A stretch of DNA of 35,862 nt from an uncultured Bacteroidota bacterium (GCA_903888395.1 CAISTO010000012.1:1-35862), one strand, 5' to 3'; shown: positions 15,880 to 26,251, counted from the stretch's first letter. Notes: generated by a model from the sequence alone, not told the origin. Program-made: numbers and translations.

Positions 15880-17469
15880 ATGAAAATAAAATCAAACTAT
15901 ATTGACATTTTAAATCAACGGATTTTTCCAGCTGAGATTACTGTTGATAATGGAATCATTGTTACTATTACAGAAATTTCTGAAAAATTAACTAACTTTA
16001 TTTTACCTGGTTTTATTGATTCACATGTACACATTGAAAGTAGTTTATTGGCACCTAGCGAATTTGCACGAATGGCAGTTATTCATGGAACTGTGGCCAC
16101 CATTAGCGATCCTCATGAAATAGCAAATGTGTTAGGAATGGAAGGAGTGGAGTTCATGATTAACAACGGAAATAAAGTTCCTTTTCATTTCTTTTTTGGG
16201 GCGCCAAGTTGTGTGCCTGCTACTGTTTTTGAAACTGCAGGTGCAACGATTAATGCTGCTGATATTGAAACATTATTAGCCAAACCCGAAATTTTATACT
16301 TAGCCGAAATGATGAATTTTCCTGGAGTTTTATTCAAGGATCAAGAAGTAATGGAAAAGATTGCGGTAGCAAAAAAGTTCAATAAACCCGTTGACGGACA
16401 TGCACCAGGATTGCGAGGCGCACAAGCAAAACAATACATTGACGAAGGCATGAGCACCGACCATGAATGTTTTACCATTGAAGAAGCATTGGATAAAATT
16501 GCTTTTGGAATGAAAATTATAATTCGTGAGGGAAGTGCCGCCCGTAATTTTGATACACTTATTCCTTTAATGAAATTACATGCTAATCAATTAATGTTTT
16601 GTAGCGATGACAAACATCCTGATAGTTTATTGTTAGGTCATATTAATCAATTAGTGGCAAGAGCAGTTGCACTTGGATACAATTTGTTTGATGTGTTAAA
16701 AGTAGCTTGTATCAATCCAATTCATCATTATAAAATGCCTGTGGGTGCTTTGCAATTAGGCGATGTAGCAGATTTCATTGTTATCAATAATTTAACAGAT
16801 TTTATCGTTGAAAAAACATTTATCAAGGGAGAATTAGTGGCTGAAAATGGGAAGACTTTGATTGATAAAGTAGCCATTGAACCCATCAATTATTTTGAAA
16901 CAAACTTAAAAACAATTGGTGATTTCGAATATTCACCAAAAGAAATGGAACTGATTATTGAATGTTTAGATGGACAATTAATTACTAATAAATTAGAATT
17001 TCCAAAAAGTGAATTGACCATTGAAAACGATATTTTAAAAATTGTAGTGGTAAACAGATACGAAACAAAACCCATTGCTATTTCATACATCAAAAACTTT
17101 GGGTTAAAGTTGGGAGCCATTGCCTCATCAGTAGCTCACGATAGTCATAATATTATTGCAGTAGGCACCAACGAAGAAGAAATTTGCAAAGCAGTAAATT
17201 TAATCATTGAAAACAAAGGTGGTTTATGTGCGGTAAATGATGCTGAAACCAAAGTTTTACCACTTCCAATTGCTGGTTTAATGAGTAACAAAGATGCTTG
17301 GGAAATAGCCCAAGATTATACCGAATTAGATCATTTTAGTAAACAAGTTTTGGGCTCCACTTTGCGGGCGCCTTTCATGAGTTTGTCGTTCATGGCATTG
17401 TTAGTTATTCCTTATTTAAAACTAAGCGACAAAGGTTTATTTGATGGAAATAAATTTGAGTTTTGTTAG
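15880..17469 (+). CDS. ade: Adenine deaminase
   Basis: [44 protein letters not shown] matches the adenine deaminase (amidohydrolase) N-terminal signature. Length is ~530 aa. ATG 15880 is preferred over the GTG at 15871 used by the ORF track. Confidence 0.9.
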   Translation: MKIKSNYIDILNQRIFPAEITVDNGIIVTITEISEKLTNFILPGFIDSHVHIESSLLAPSEFARMAVIHGTVATISDPHEIANVLGMEGVEFMINNGNKVPFHFFFGAPSCVPATVFETAGATINAADIETLLAKPEILYLAEMMNFPGVLFKDQEVMEKIAVAKKFNKPVDGHAPGLRGAQAKQYIDEGMSTDHECFTIEEALDKIAFGMKIIIREGSAARNFDTLIPLMKLHANQLMFCSDDKHPDSLLLGHINQLVARAVALGYNLFDVLKVACINPIHHYKMPVGALQLGDVADFIVINNLTDFIVEKTFIKGELVAENGKTLIDKVAIEPINYFETNLKTIGDFEYSPKEMELIIECLDGQLITNKLEFPKSELTIENDILKIVVVNRYETKPIAISYIKNFGLKLGAIASSVAHDSHNIIAVGTNEEEICKAVNLIIENKGGLCAVNDAETKVLPLPIAGLMSNKDAWEIAQDYTELDHFSKQVLGSTLRAPFMSLSFMALLVIPYLKLSDKGLFDGNKFEFC

Positions 17470-17509
17470 ATATAAATTTTGTAAAATCAAACTTATTTTT
17501 TAAATTTAA

Positions 17510-18964
17510 CTAAAACATTTTTATTCCACTAGCCCATTGCAATTGAACTTTTGCTTTGGCATATTTACTTTTTATTTCTGCTTGTTTTATTTGTGCCTCA
17601 ATCAAACTTCGTTCACGTGAGTTTACTAAAAAAAGCGAACTTTCACCACTTTCAAACCTAGTTTCCTCCGCATTTCTTAAGGTAATGGCGTTCACTACTA
17701 ACACCTGTTGAATGACCAATAATTGTTCTAAATTTTTTAATTGATTATAGCTCGTAAAAACTGAATTTACAATTTCTCGTTTAGTAAGTTGTGTTTCAAA
17801 ATCATTGTTTTTAAGTTTAATATTTGCTTGTTGTAGTTTTCCTCTTTCTTTTCTTAAAAACAAACTGCTGTAAAAACTTGCACCTATTTTATATTGCCTA
17901 CCAAACACATTATTTACATCGTTTAAACTTCCTTTGCTATAAGTTTGAAATGGGTAATATTCAATATTTAATTGAGGTTTTATATTTTCAATTGCTAATT
18001 TTTTATCCATCATTAATTGCTTGTTTTTAAACTGCAATTTCTGTAATTCAGGATGATTGTTTTCTGCAAAATTTACCATTCTTTGAATGGAATCATTGGC
18101 AATTGTATTTACTTCATTTCCTTGTTCCGATGGTGTAATGTTTTCCTTTAATTGCAAGGCCTCGTTTTTATTATTCCATAAGTAGTTACTCAAATTAAAG
18201 CCATTATTTTTAAACTCTAATTCCGATTCAAGTAAAATAGTTTCTCTGCGTTTTAATTCAATCAAAGCTTCTATGCTATCAATAGGCTTATCTTCGCCAG
18301 CTTTAATTCTATTGCTAATAAAATTGAAACGGTTTTCTGCTAATTTGTAATTGAATTGTGTCAATCGTAATTTTTCATAAGCTAATTGCCATTCCCAATA
18401 ATCTTTGGTTGCATTTAAAAATAATTTATTTATTATTTTTATGCGTTCCGCTTCATTTAATCCTTGTAAATATTGAGCTTGACGCAATATTGTTCTTCGG
18501 CTATCAGTTTGTAATCCTCGTAAAATTGGTACGCTTACTCCGCCATAAAACATACCATATTCGCCATATTGTTGACTAATTACGCCATTGCTTTCTATCA
18601 TTTTTGCTCTTTCGTTGCTTACCGCAATTCCATCACTTTGGTCGTAACCAGCTTTTATATCTATGCCAATAATTGTTGGAATTTTTAGCTGTGGTTCAAA
18701 ATAAATATAGTAGTTGTTACCATTTGTAAATTTACTTTCATAAGTTGAACTTATAATTGGATCAAACGCGCCACGGGCTGCTAATAACTCAGCTTTAGCA
18801 TTGTCATTTAGTAAGTTTGCTTGCTTTGCAATGGGATGATTTTGCACTACCAATTGGTAAAAATCTTGAAAAGTTAACTGCACATCATTTTGTTGTGCTA
18901 TCAATAATTTTAAAGGTGCAAATAGCAATAAAAATAAAATGATTGGATGGTATTTTATGTTCAT
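17510..18964 (-). CDS. TolC-family outer-membrane efflux protein
   Basis: 484 aa with a signal peptide (LLLFAPLKLLIAQQ). It has the two-repeat OEP architecture with long helical segments. It is the last gene of an ABC-HlyD-TolC operon, 8 nt downstream of the HlyD gene. Confidence 0.85.
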   Translation of the reverse strand: MNIKYHPIILFLLLFAPLKLLIAQQNDVQLTFQDFYQLVVQNHPIAKQANLLNDNAKAELLAARGAFDPIISSTYESKFTNGNNYYIYFEPQLKIPTIIGIDIKAGYDQSDGIAVSNERAKMIESNGVISQQYGEYGMFYGGVSVPILRGLQTDSRRTILRQAQYLQGLNEAERIKIINKLFLNATKDYWEWQLAYEKLRLTQFNYKLAENRFNFISNRIKAGEDKPIDSIEALIELKRRETILLESELEFKNNGFNLSNYLWNNKNEALQLKENITPSEQGNEVNTIANDSIQRMVNFAENNHPELQKLQFKNKQLMMDKKLAIENIKPQLNIEYYPFQTYSKGSLNDVNNVFGRQYKIGASFYSSLFLRKERGKLQQANIKLKNNDFETQLTKREIVNSVFTSYNQLKNLEQLLVIQQVLVVNAITLRNAEETRFESGESSLFLVNSRERSLIEAQIKQAEIKSKYAKAKVQLQWASGIKMF

Positions 18965-18972
18965 ATCAATTC

Positions 18973-20313
18973 CTATTTTTTATCTGATTTAGCTTGTTCC
19001 ATAAAATCGGGAGGAAAAGCATTGAACTGACGCCATAGTTCATACCAAACAGGAACTCTATTTAACATGGCCCAACCATAAACTCCACCACCAGCTCTTA
19101 TTAATTCTGGCCAAGGAACATCGTTAGGATCCTGCGTAACTAATATTCTGAAATTTCCTTTTTCGTCAGCAACTTTGTCAATAACTTGAACCAAACCGCC
19201 AAAAGTTCCAACGTTTGCACTTGGCCAACCGCTAAAAACTAAAGCAGGCCATCCATCAAATTGAATTCGTACTTTACATCCTTTATAAATTAATGGCATG
19301 TCTAAAGCCCTAACCGTCATTTCTACAGCAGTTTTAGTATAGGCTGGAACAATACTTGCAATGTTTTCATTTTCTTTTATTATTTCGCCAATTCCAGCTT
19401 TTGTAACTTTCACCAAATATCCATCTTGTGGTGCTTTTATGGCATAAAATCCACTTCGTAACTTTAAGTTACTGTATTCAATTTTTAGTTTGATTAAATC
19501 AGCTTGATTTTCAAAAAGTTCCCCAGCCGTTTCTTCTAAAATAGATTCTGCTTTTGATATTTTATCAATGTATTCAGCTTCTATAAAATTCAAATCTATT
19601 CGTGCATTGATCAATTCATTTTCAACTTTATTATATTTGTTTTCAGCCTCTATCATTTTCGATTTTGCTTCTTGCTTTTTGCTTGTTCTATTCTGAATTT
19701 CCGTAAGTGAAGCCAATCCTTTTTTATACAGTTCATTCAATCGTTCAAACTGGTTTTTTGCTAATGTTTCATTTACTATTGCAGCATCATAATTTCCTTT
19801 TTCAGCTTTTACAGCAAATTCGCTTTGTAAAACTTTATTTTTAGCCATTTTAAGTTTAATTGAAACACTACTTTTTAAAGCATCAATTTGCTTTTCTAAT
19901 GCTAATATTTTCCTATTTTTTGCGGCTAAACCTTCTATTTTATTATTAATTTGTCCATCAGTTCTAATCAATAATTGTGGGTCAAAAAACTTTTCCTTTA
20001 CTTCACTTATTATTACGAGTGTGTCTCCTTTTTTTACAAATTGCCCCTCTACCACTTTCCAACTTTCTATTCTTCCAGCTATGACTGATGGAATGTTTTG
20101 AGGTCTATCTTCAGGAGCAAAAGGAGTAACTTTTCCTTTGCCATTTATATTTTGTTGCCATGGCAAAAACATACACAAAAAAAGTATAATAAATATACTT
20201 GCAAGCCAATTCCTAATGGTCTTGAATTTTTTAGGTGTATTAATTAATTTAACTGTATAAAGTGAACTGTTTTTTAGTTCCTTTGATGAATTATTATAGG
20301 GATTTTGATCCAT
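18973..20313 (-). CDS. HlyD-family membrane-fusion (periplasmic adaptor) protein
   Basis: 446 aa. It has an N-terminal TM anchor (WLASIFIILFLCMFLPW) and a lipoyl-like motif (GRIESWKVVEGQFVKKGDTLVII). A long coiled-coil hairpin and a C-terminal beta-barrel domain follow. Confidence 0.85.
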   Translation of the reverse strand: MDQNPYNNSSKELKNSSLYTVKLINTPKKFKTIRNWLASIFIILFLCMFLPWQQNINGKGKVTPFAPEDRPQNIPSVIAGRIESWKVVEGQFVKKGDTLVIISEVKEKFFDPQLLIRTDGQINNKIEGLAAKNRKILALEKQIDALKSSVSIKLKMAKNKVLQSEFAVKAEKGNYDAAIVNETLAKNQFERLNELYKKGLASLTEIQNRTSKKQEAKSKMIEAENKYNKVENELINARIDLNFIEAEYIDKISKAESILEETAGELFENQADLIKLKIEYSNLKLRSGFYAIKAPQDGYLVKVTKAGIGEIIKENENIASIVPAYTKTAVEMTVRALDMPLIYKGCKVRIQFDGWPALVFSGWPSANVGTFGGLVQVIDKVADEKGNFRILVTQDPNDVPWPELIRAGGGVYGWAMLNRVPVWYELWRQFNAFPPDFMEQAKSDKK

Positions 20314-20336
20314 TTTATTTTATTGTTTTTTATTAC

Positions 20337-22565
20337 TTAATTCAAAAAATTGTTCAATGAATTGGAGGCCATTAGCTCATCATAAGTTCCCGTTTCAACA
20401 ATATTTCCATTATTCATGATGCAAATTTTATCGCATCGTTTCATCATGCTGTCTTGTGATGTAACCATGATCAATGCCCAATCTTTATTTTCAAAAATAT
20501 AATCCAATAAAAGCGAGTTTTCTTTTTGATTCATGTTGTAAAAAAAGTCATCTATAATGAGCAGTTTTGGTTTTTGAACAATGCTTCTTGCCAATAATAT
20601 TTTTTGAATGATACTCTTAGGATAATTGGTTCCTGCCGACAACAAATTGCTTTGTAATCCATCAGTTAATTGAGCTATAAAATCAGTTAGCCCAACAATT
20701 TTTAAGGCTTTAATTACTTCTTTGAATTCAATGCCATTTCTGCCCATCATGATATTATCTTCAATGGTGCCCTCAAATATTTCATCTTGTAATAAATTAT
20801 CACCAATGACGTTTCTATAAGCATCAATATTTAAATCACGTAACGAAACTTCATTTAATGAAATGGAGCCTTCGTAATTACTGTACATTCCGGCTAATAT
20901 TTTAATCAATGTTGTTTTACCACTGTCGCCAAAACCAGTGATACAAACATGTTCTCCATTATTAATTTCAAAATTTATATTATTTAAAATTTGATTTTTT
21001 GTACCTGGATATTTATATGATAATTGATTAGTTTTTAACTGAAATTTTTGGTCAATAGCTAAATCATGTAATTCCCTACCAGCATTACTTTCTGTTTCTA
21101 AATCGGTCACTTGTCCTATTTTATCAAAAGCAGTTAGTAAATCGTAAAAAACATCAATGGTAGAAATCAATTTTTCAACTGAATTAATAATTAAAACAAT
21201 AATAAGCTCTGCGGCTACAAATTGGCCTAAATTGATTTGCCTGTTTACCACCAAAAAACTTCCTAAAATGAGTAATGACGCAGTAATTAGCGTTTTAAAT
21301 GAAACTATTGATGCATATTGTTTCAATAATATTTTGAAATGTTTGTTGCGGTAATTGATATAATTACTCAATAAATGATCGGCTTTTTGGATAGGTAAAT
21401 TGGAGTTTCCGGCTGATTTAAACGCATTGATATTTCTGCCAATTTCTTGTAACCAATAAGCCACTTTATATTTATATTTTGATTCAGATATACTCGTTTC
21501 CAATGCTTTTTTTCCCGTTGTATAAAATATAATAATAATGATTACAATTAATACAATTCCAAATCCGATAAATATAGGATGATAGAATGATAAAAGTAAT
21601 AAGCCAAAAGAAATTTGAATAATTGCTGCTGTAAAATCTATCAATATTTTTGGCAATGCTTTTTGAATAGTCAATACATCAAAAAAACGATTGACCATGT
21701 CGGGAGTATAGTTCTTTAATAGAATTTCGGATTTTATTTTCGGTAATCGCCAAGCAAATTCAAAAGTTACATTGGCAAATACCCGTTGTAACAAAATTTC
21801 AACCATTTTTAATTGCTGAATTTGTAAATATCCCGATAATCCTGTGGCAATAATTACCATGGCTATTAATATGATTACTGATTCTAATAACAAACCACCC
21901 GAAATTAAACCAACTATTGATTGAACACCTAATGGCAAGGCTAGGTTGATAATTGCAATTAAAATAGCAAAGAAATAAATGTATTTAATGTCTTTTTTTT
22001 CGGTTTTCAATAAACTCATTAACCTTTCAAAAGGACTAGATTTTTCTTTATTGTTGTAATTTAACATAGCGCCAACATGATATCCAGTAATATATATTAT
22101 TTGCTCTTCAGCTGAATTTGAAATATCAAATTTTTCAGCCAATAAATGATTGTCCAATATTAAATCAGCAGCTGATTTAGCTGAATTTGATAATTCTACA
22201 GTTGTACTATAATTTACTTCAATGTTTTCATTTTCATGAAATTCAATGGTTTCATATTGTTTTTTTACAAAATGCTTTAATAAAACCGGAACTAATTCCT
22301 TTTGATTTTTTTTGAAATACAAAATTGGAAAAGTTATTTTATCTGTAATTTTTTCAAATTCAGATTTACTGCAAATCCTAGTCTCAAAAACAAAATTTGT
22401 AAAAGAGCCTATGTTATTTAGTTGATCAATAAATTCAGTAAAATTATTTGAAGCAGTAATTTGGAAACGAGTTTTTGATTTTTGAAGTGTTACAAAATCA
22501 ATTTTATGGTCACTTCCTTTTGCAAATTCGTTTAAAATATTAATAAGTTGGGTTGTTTGATTCAT
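20337..22565 (-). CDS. ABC exporter (type-I-secretion / bacteriocin-exporter architecture): ~170-aa N-terminal accessory domain, 6 TM helices and a nucleotide-binding domain with degenerate catalytic motifs
   Basis: 742 aa. Walker A GFGDSGKT is at nt 20913-20936 and a Q-loop is present (LLQDEIF). YPKSI occupies the place of LSGGQ (nt 20610-20624). Walker B reads LLIIDD followed by FFYNMN (nt 20547-20564) instead of hhhhDE-ATSALD. Ser703 (nt 20457-20459) sits where the H-loop His is expected. The N-terminal domain has no Cys/His protease motif. Confidence 0.85.
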   Translation of the reverse strand: MNQTTQLINILNEFAKGSDHKIDFVTLQKSKTRFQITASNNFTEFIDQLNNIGSFTNFVFETRICSKSEFEKITDKITFPILYFKKNQKELVPVLLKHFVKKQYETIEFHENENIEVNYSTTVELSNSAKSAADLILDNHLLAEKFDISNSAEEQIIYITGYHVGAMLNYNNKEKSSPFERLMSLLKTEKKDIKYIYFFAILIAIINLALPLGVQSIVGLISGGLLLESVIILIAMVIIATGLSGYLQIQQLKMVEILLQRVFANVTFEFAWRLPKIKSEILLKNYTPDMVNRFFDVLTIQKALPKILIDFTAAIIQISFGLLLLSFYHPIFIGFGIVLIVIIIIIFYTTGKKALETSISESKYKYKVAYWLQEIGRNINAFKSAGNSNLPIQKADHLLSNYINYRNKHFKILLKQYASIVSFKTLITASLLILGSFLVVNRQINLGQFVAAELIIVLIINSVEKLISTIDVFYDLLTAFDKIGQVTDLETESNAGRELHDLAIDQKFQLKTNQLSYKYPGTKNQILNNINFEINNGEHVCITGFGDSGKTTLIKILAGMYSNYEGSISLNEVSLRDLNIDAYRNVIGDNLLQDEIFEGTIEDNIMMGRNGIEFKEVIKALKIVGLTDFIAQLTDGLQSNLLSAGTNYPKSIIQKILLARSIVQKPKLLIIDDFFYNMNQKENSLLLDYIFENKDWALIMVTSQDSMMKRCDKICIMNNGNIVETGTYDELMASNSLNNFLN

Positions 22566-22600
22566 TAAAAGCTAAACATATTTATATTGAAAATTGTTTT

Positions 22601-22608
22601 CAAATTTA
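22601..22608 (-). promoter_or_regulatory. Putative -7 promoter element (TAnnTTTG) for the ABC-HlyD-TolC operon
   Basis: The + strand reads caaattta, which is TAAATTTG on the minus strand. It lies 35 nt upstream of the ABC start codon (22565). No clear -33 TTG is seen. Confidence 0.3.
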
Positions 22609-22743
22609 AAAAACAAACGAATATTAATGATGAATATTTTTATTTTGTAATATTTTTTTTTATTCAAAGTAAAAATATGTAAATTGCACATAACCAATAT
22701 TTTAATTATTTAACTATCTTTTTTTTTACTTTTTTTGAAAATA

Positions 22744-23322
22744 ATGCTAAGATTTTATTCACAAAAAACTACATTTGTGGGCTTTATTTTAAGGTTGAAA
22801 ACAAAAACATACATAGTTGAGTTCAATAAACTCCGATTTGGGTTAAACGAATTAAGTTTTCCAATAATTGCCGATTTGTTCACAGAAATGACAGATAAGC
22901 ATTTTGAAAAAGTAGATGCTAAATGCATTATTTCGTTAAATAAAAAGGAGAATGTATTTGAAATGCAGTTCAATATCAATGGATTAATTGGTACTAATTG
23001 TGATACTTGTTTGGATGATTTTGAATTACCTTTAAATAAAACATATGACTTGTTGGTTAAATTAACTGATGGTCCCGAAAATTTAGATGACGATGAAATC
23101 ATTTATTTGCCAAAAGGATTACATGAGTTTGATTTTAAACAATTTATATTTGATTATTTTTTATTAGCCATTCCAACTAAAATTAGTTGTGAAGATGCTG
23201 GTAAAGAACATAACCAACTATTTGTCGATAAATTAAAAATTGACGAAGGAGACGATGAAGACGAAAAACCTGCATCTGACCCACGTTGGGATGTATTAAA
23301 AAATATTTACAACAAAAACTGA
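22744..23322 (+). CDS. yceD: YceD/DUF177-family protein (ribosomal large-subunit accumulation protein)
   Basis: The metal-binding-type motif is present (GTNCDTCLDDFELPL ... ISCEDAG), with an acidic C-terminal tail. It sits in the conserved position directly upstream of rpmF-plsX. The start is uncertain: TTG 22735, ATG 22744 or in-frame TTG 22795 (which would give MKTKTYIVEFNKL...). Confidence 0.75.
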   Translation: MLRFYSQKTTFVGFILRLKTKTYIVEFNKLRFGLNELSFPIIADLFTEMTDKHFEKVDAKCIISLNKKENVFEMQFNINGLIGTNCDTCLDDFELPLNKTYDLLVKLTDGPENLDDDEIIYLPKGLHEFDFKQFIFDYFLLAIPTKISCEDAGKEHNQLFVDKLKIDEGDDEDEKPASDPRWDVLKNIYNKN

Positions 23323-23343
23323 TAACTAGAGGAGAGAAGTAAA

Positions 23344-23529
23344 ATGCCAAATCCTAAACGCAAAATTTCAAAATCAAGACGCGATAAGCGTAGAACACAT
23401 TATAAAGGTGCTGTTCCAACATTGTCAACCGATTCAACTTCGGGAGAAGTTCACATGCGCCACCGCGTTACTGCTGATGGTTTTTATCGTGGAAAACATG
23501 TTTTTCCTGATATGAAATCTGATGTTTAA
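23344..23529 (+). CDS. rpmF: 50S ribosomal protein L32
   Basis: [21 protein letters not shown] is the canonical L32 N-terminus. The protein is 61 aa and lacks the Zn-ribbon cysteines (C-minus form). Confidence 0.95.
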   Translation: MPNPKRKISKSRRDKRRTHYKGAVPTLSTDSTSGEVHMRHRVTADGFYRGKHVFPDMKSDV

Positions 23530-23552
23530 GCCAAAAGCTTAAATCAAATACT

Positions 23553-23597
23553 AAAAACGAAAGTGCTTTTTTAAAGTGCTTTCGTTTTTCGTTTTTT
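23553..23597 (+). terminator. Rho-independent terminator after rpmF
   Basis: The stem pairs cgaaagtgcttt (23558-23569) with aaagtgctttcg (23573-23584). That is 12 bp including two G-U pairs, followed by tttttcgtttttt. Confidence 0.6.
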
Positions 23598-23622
23598 AAA
23601 TTAACCCCAAAACAACAAGCAA

Positions 23623-24579
23623 ATGAAAATTGGTTTTGACATTATGGGTGGCGATTTTGCGCCCAAAGAAGCTGTTTTAGGTGCTATTTTAGCACTTGCA
23701 GAGCTTGGTAGCAATGATACAATTGTATTGATTGGTGATAAAGAACAAGCAGAAAATTTATTAAACTCCCAAGGTATTAGCGATTCTCGTATAGAAATTG
23801 TTCATACCACGGAAGTGATAGGAATGGGTGAACACCCTACAAAAGCCATTTCGCAAAAAAAAGATTCAAGTATTTCCGTTGGTTTTAAGTTATTAGCTTC
23901 AAAACAAATTGATGCATTTGTGAGCGCTGGTAATACTGGTGCTATGTTAGTTGGTTCCATGTTTACCATTAAACCAATTGAAGGTGTAATTAGACCAACC
24001 ATAACTGCCACACTTCCAAGACCTGATGGTAAATTTTGTTTGGTTTTGGATGTTGGTGCAAATGCCGATTGTAAGCCAGATGTTCTTTATCAATTTGCCG
24101 TTTTGGGTAGCCTTATGATGAAACATGTTCATGGAATTGAAGATCCTAGAATTGGTTTATTAAGCATTGGCGAAGAAAAAGAAAAAGGTAATTTGGTAAC
24201 TATTTCTGCTCATCAATTAATGGAAGAATCCAACTCTTTTCACTTTATTGGAAATGTAGAAGGCAGAGATATTATGTCGGACAAATGCGATGTAATTGTT
24301 TGTGAAGGATTTACTGGAAATGTGGTGTTAAAAGCATTCGAATCGTTTTATTCTGTTATGAAAAAGCGTGGTGTAAAAGATGACTTTTTAGACAGATTTA
24401 ATTATGAAAATTATGGTGGTACACCAATTTTAGGCGTTAATGCACCAGTGTTAATAGGTCATGGAATTTCAAATGCAAAAGCATTTAAAAATATGATTTT
24501 TTCTGCTCGTGATGTGATTAATTCAGATTTATGTAATATTGTTCGAGAAGAATTTAAAAACTTAGTTCCTATTCAATAA
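23623..24579 (+). CDS. plsX: Phosphate acyltransferase PlsX
   Basis: MKIGFDIMGGDFAPKE..., SAGNTGAM and VCEGFTGNVVLK are canonical PlsX motifs. The gene follows rpmF as in most bacteria. Confidence 0.95.
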   Translation: MKIGFDIMGGDFAPKEAVLGAILALAELGSNDTIVLIGDKEQAENLLNSQGISDSRIEIVHTTEVIGMGEHPTKAISQKKDSSISVGFKLLASKQIDAFVSAGNTGAMLVGSMFTIKPIEGVIRPTITATLPRPDGKFCLVLDVGANADCKPDVLYQFAVLGSLMMKHVHGIEDPRIGLLSIGEEKEKGNLVTISAHQLMEESNSFHFIGNVEGRDIMSDKCDVIVCEGFTGNVVLKAFESFYSVMKKRGVKDDFLDRFNYENYGGTPILGVNAPVLIGHGISNAKAFKNMIFSARDVINSDLCNIVREEFKNLVPIQ

Positions 24580-24587
24580 TTAAATTT

Positions 24588-24618
24588 AAAAACACTTTTT
24601 TTAAAGGTGTTTTTTTTA
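24588..24618 (+). terminator. Putative terminator after plsX
   Basis: The stem pairs aaaaacacttt (24588-24598) with aaaggtgttttt (24603-24614), with one bulge. It runs into a T-run. Confidence 0.5.
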
Positions 24619-24681
24619 TAAAAAAAATAAAGTATTTGTAAATTGAAATTTCTTATAAATATTTTGATAATAAAAATTTAA

Positions 24682-25668
24682 ATGACAAAAATTACAGCTG
24701 CAATTACTGCCGTTAACGGTTATGTTCCACCAAAAATTTTAACAAATAAAGATTTGGAAAAATTAGTGGATACCAACGATGAATGGATTACAAGTAGGAC
24801 TGGAATAAAGGAAAGAAGAATATTAGCCGATGGCTTAGGTACTTCCGATATGGCTTTTGAAGCAGCAAAAGGCTTACTTGAAAAAAGAGGAATATTAGCA
24901 ACAGAAATTGATTTAATTGTTTTTTGTACGGTAACTCCCGATATGGTTTTTCCCGCTTCGGCTTGTATTTTAGCCGATAAAATTGGTGCTACAAATGCTT
25001 TTGGTTTTGATTTATCCGCTGCTTGTTCAGGATTTATTTTTGGATTGGAAACAGGAAGTAGATTTATTCAAAGTGGCGTTTATAAAAAAGTTTTAGTTGT
25101 TGGTGGCGATAAAATGTCGTCAATCATTGATTATTCAGATAGAAATACTTGTGTTATTTTTGGTGATGGCTGTGGATGTGTTTTATTGGAACCCAACTTG
25201 GAAGGAAATGGTGTGGTTGATGCTATTTTAAAAGTAGATGGAGGCGGAAGACATTTTTTACATCAAAAAGCAGGTGGTTCAATCAAACCAGCAAGCCATG
25301 AAACCGTTGATGCAAGAGAACATTTTGTATACCAAGAAGGTCAAACTGTTTATAAATTCGCAGTGAAAGGAATGGCTGATGTGAGTGCTGAAATTATGGA
25401 ACGAAACAATTTGACAGCTGATGATGTTGCTTGGTTAGTTCCTCATCAAGCTAATTTAAGAATTATAGATGCTACCGCAAATAGAATGGGAGTAGATAAA
25501 AGTAAAGTAATGATAAATATTGATCATTTTGGTAATACTACCAATGGTACAATTCCTTTGCTATTATGGGAATGGGAAAGCCAACTTAAAAAAGGAGATA
25601 ACTTAATTTTAGCTGCTTTTGGAGGTGGATTTACTTGGGGTGCAATTTATTTAAAGTGGGCTTATTAG
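24682..25668 (+). CDS. fabH: Beta-ketoacyl-ACP synthase III
   Basis: The active-site Cys context is [13 protein letters not shown]. The His/Asn motifs are [10 protein letters not shown] and [10 protein letters not shown]. 328 aa. Confidence 0.95.
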   Translation: MTKITAAITAVNGYVPPKILTNKDLEKLVDTNDEWITSRTGIKERRILADGLGTSDMAFEAAKGLLEKRGILATEIDLIVFCTVTPDMVFPASACILADKIGATNAFGFDLSAACSGFIFGLETGSRFIQSGVYKKVLVVGGDKMSSIIDYSDRNTCVIFGDGCGCVLLEPNLEGNGVVDAILKVDGGGRHFLHQKAGGSIKPASHETVDAREHFVYQEGQTVYKFAVKGMADVSAEIMERNNLTADDVAWLVPHQANLRIIDATANRMGVDKSKVMINIDHFGNTTNGTIPLLLWEWESQLKKGDNLILAAFGGGFTWGAIYLKWAY

Positions 25669-25742
25669 TTTCTTTTCATACTCATAATTAGAAATTTATA
25701 TATTTACGAATAAAAAAAAATTGACATTTACATTTTAAAAAA

Positions 25743-25750
25743 TAGTTTTA
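25743..25750 (+). promoter_or_regulatory. Putative promoter for accBC (-33 TTG at 25721-25723, -7-like TAGTTTTA)
   Basis: TTG and TAGTTTTA (7/8 match to TAnnTTTG) are separated by 19 nt, the spacing I recall for flavobacterial promoters. The -7 element lies ~25 nt upstream of ATG 25775. Confidence 0.3.
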
Positions 25751-25774
25751 CAATTAGAAATAAATCAGAATATC

Positions 25775-26251
25775 ATGGAATTAAAAGAAATAAAAGAGTT
25801 AATAAGATTAGTAGCGGAAAGTGGAGTATCGGAAGTAGAAGTTGAACGTGGCGATTTTAAAGTTTCAATTAAAAAAGCGGAAGAAAAAACTACCATTATT
25901 CAACAAGTTGCTGCACCAGTAACTCATACCATTGAAGCTGCACCAATTGCTCAAGCACCAATAGCATCTTCTCATATGCCAGCGGTAACTTCATCGCCAG
26001 TAGCTAGTAATTTAATTACTATCAAATCGCCAATGATTGGTACTTATTATAAAACTCCTAGCCCTGATAAGCCAGCGTTTGTAAATATTGGTGATGAAAT
26101 AAAAGTTGGACAAGTATTATGCATTGTTGAAGCAATGAAATTGTTCAATGAAATTGAATCAGAAGTAACTGGTAGAATTGTGAAAATATTAGTTGAAAAC
26201 GCTTCTCCTGTTGAGTACGATCAACCATTATTTTTAGTGGAACCCATGTAA
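25775..26251 (+). CDS. accB: Acetyl-CoA carboxylase biotin carboxyl carrier protein
   Basis: It has an Ala/Pro-rich linker and the biotinylation motif CIVEAMKLFNEIE. 158 aa, directly upstream of accC. Confidence 0.95.
   Translation: MELKEIKELIRLVAESGVSEVEVERGDFKVSIKKAEEKTTIIQQVAAPVTHTIEAAPIAQAPIASSHMPAVTSSPVASNLITIKSPMIGTYYKTPSPDKPAFVNIGDEIKVGQVLCIVEAMKLFNEIESEVTGRIVKILVENASPVEYDQPLFLVEPM

Noticed and set aside
16046-16075. Sigma-54 -24/-12-like sequence TGGCAC...TTGCA
   Set aside because: The spacing between TGGCAC and TTGC is 9 nt instead of about 5, and it lies inside the adenine deaminase CDS. No intergenic GG-N10-GC promoter was found despite rpoN being present.
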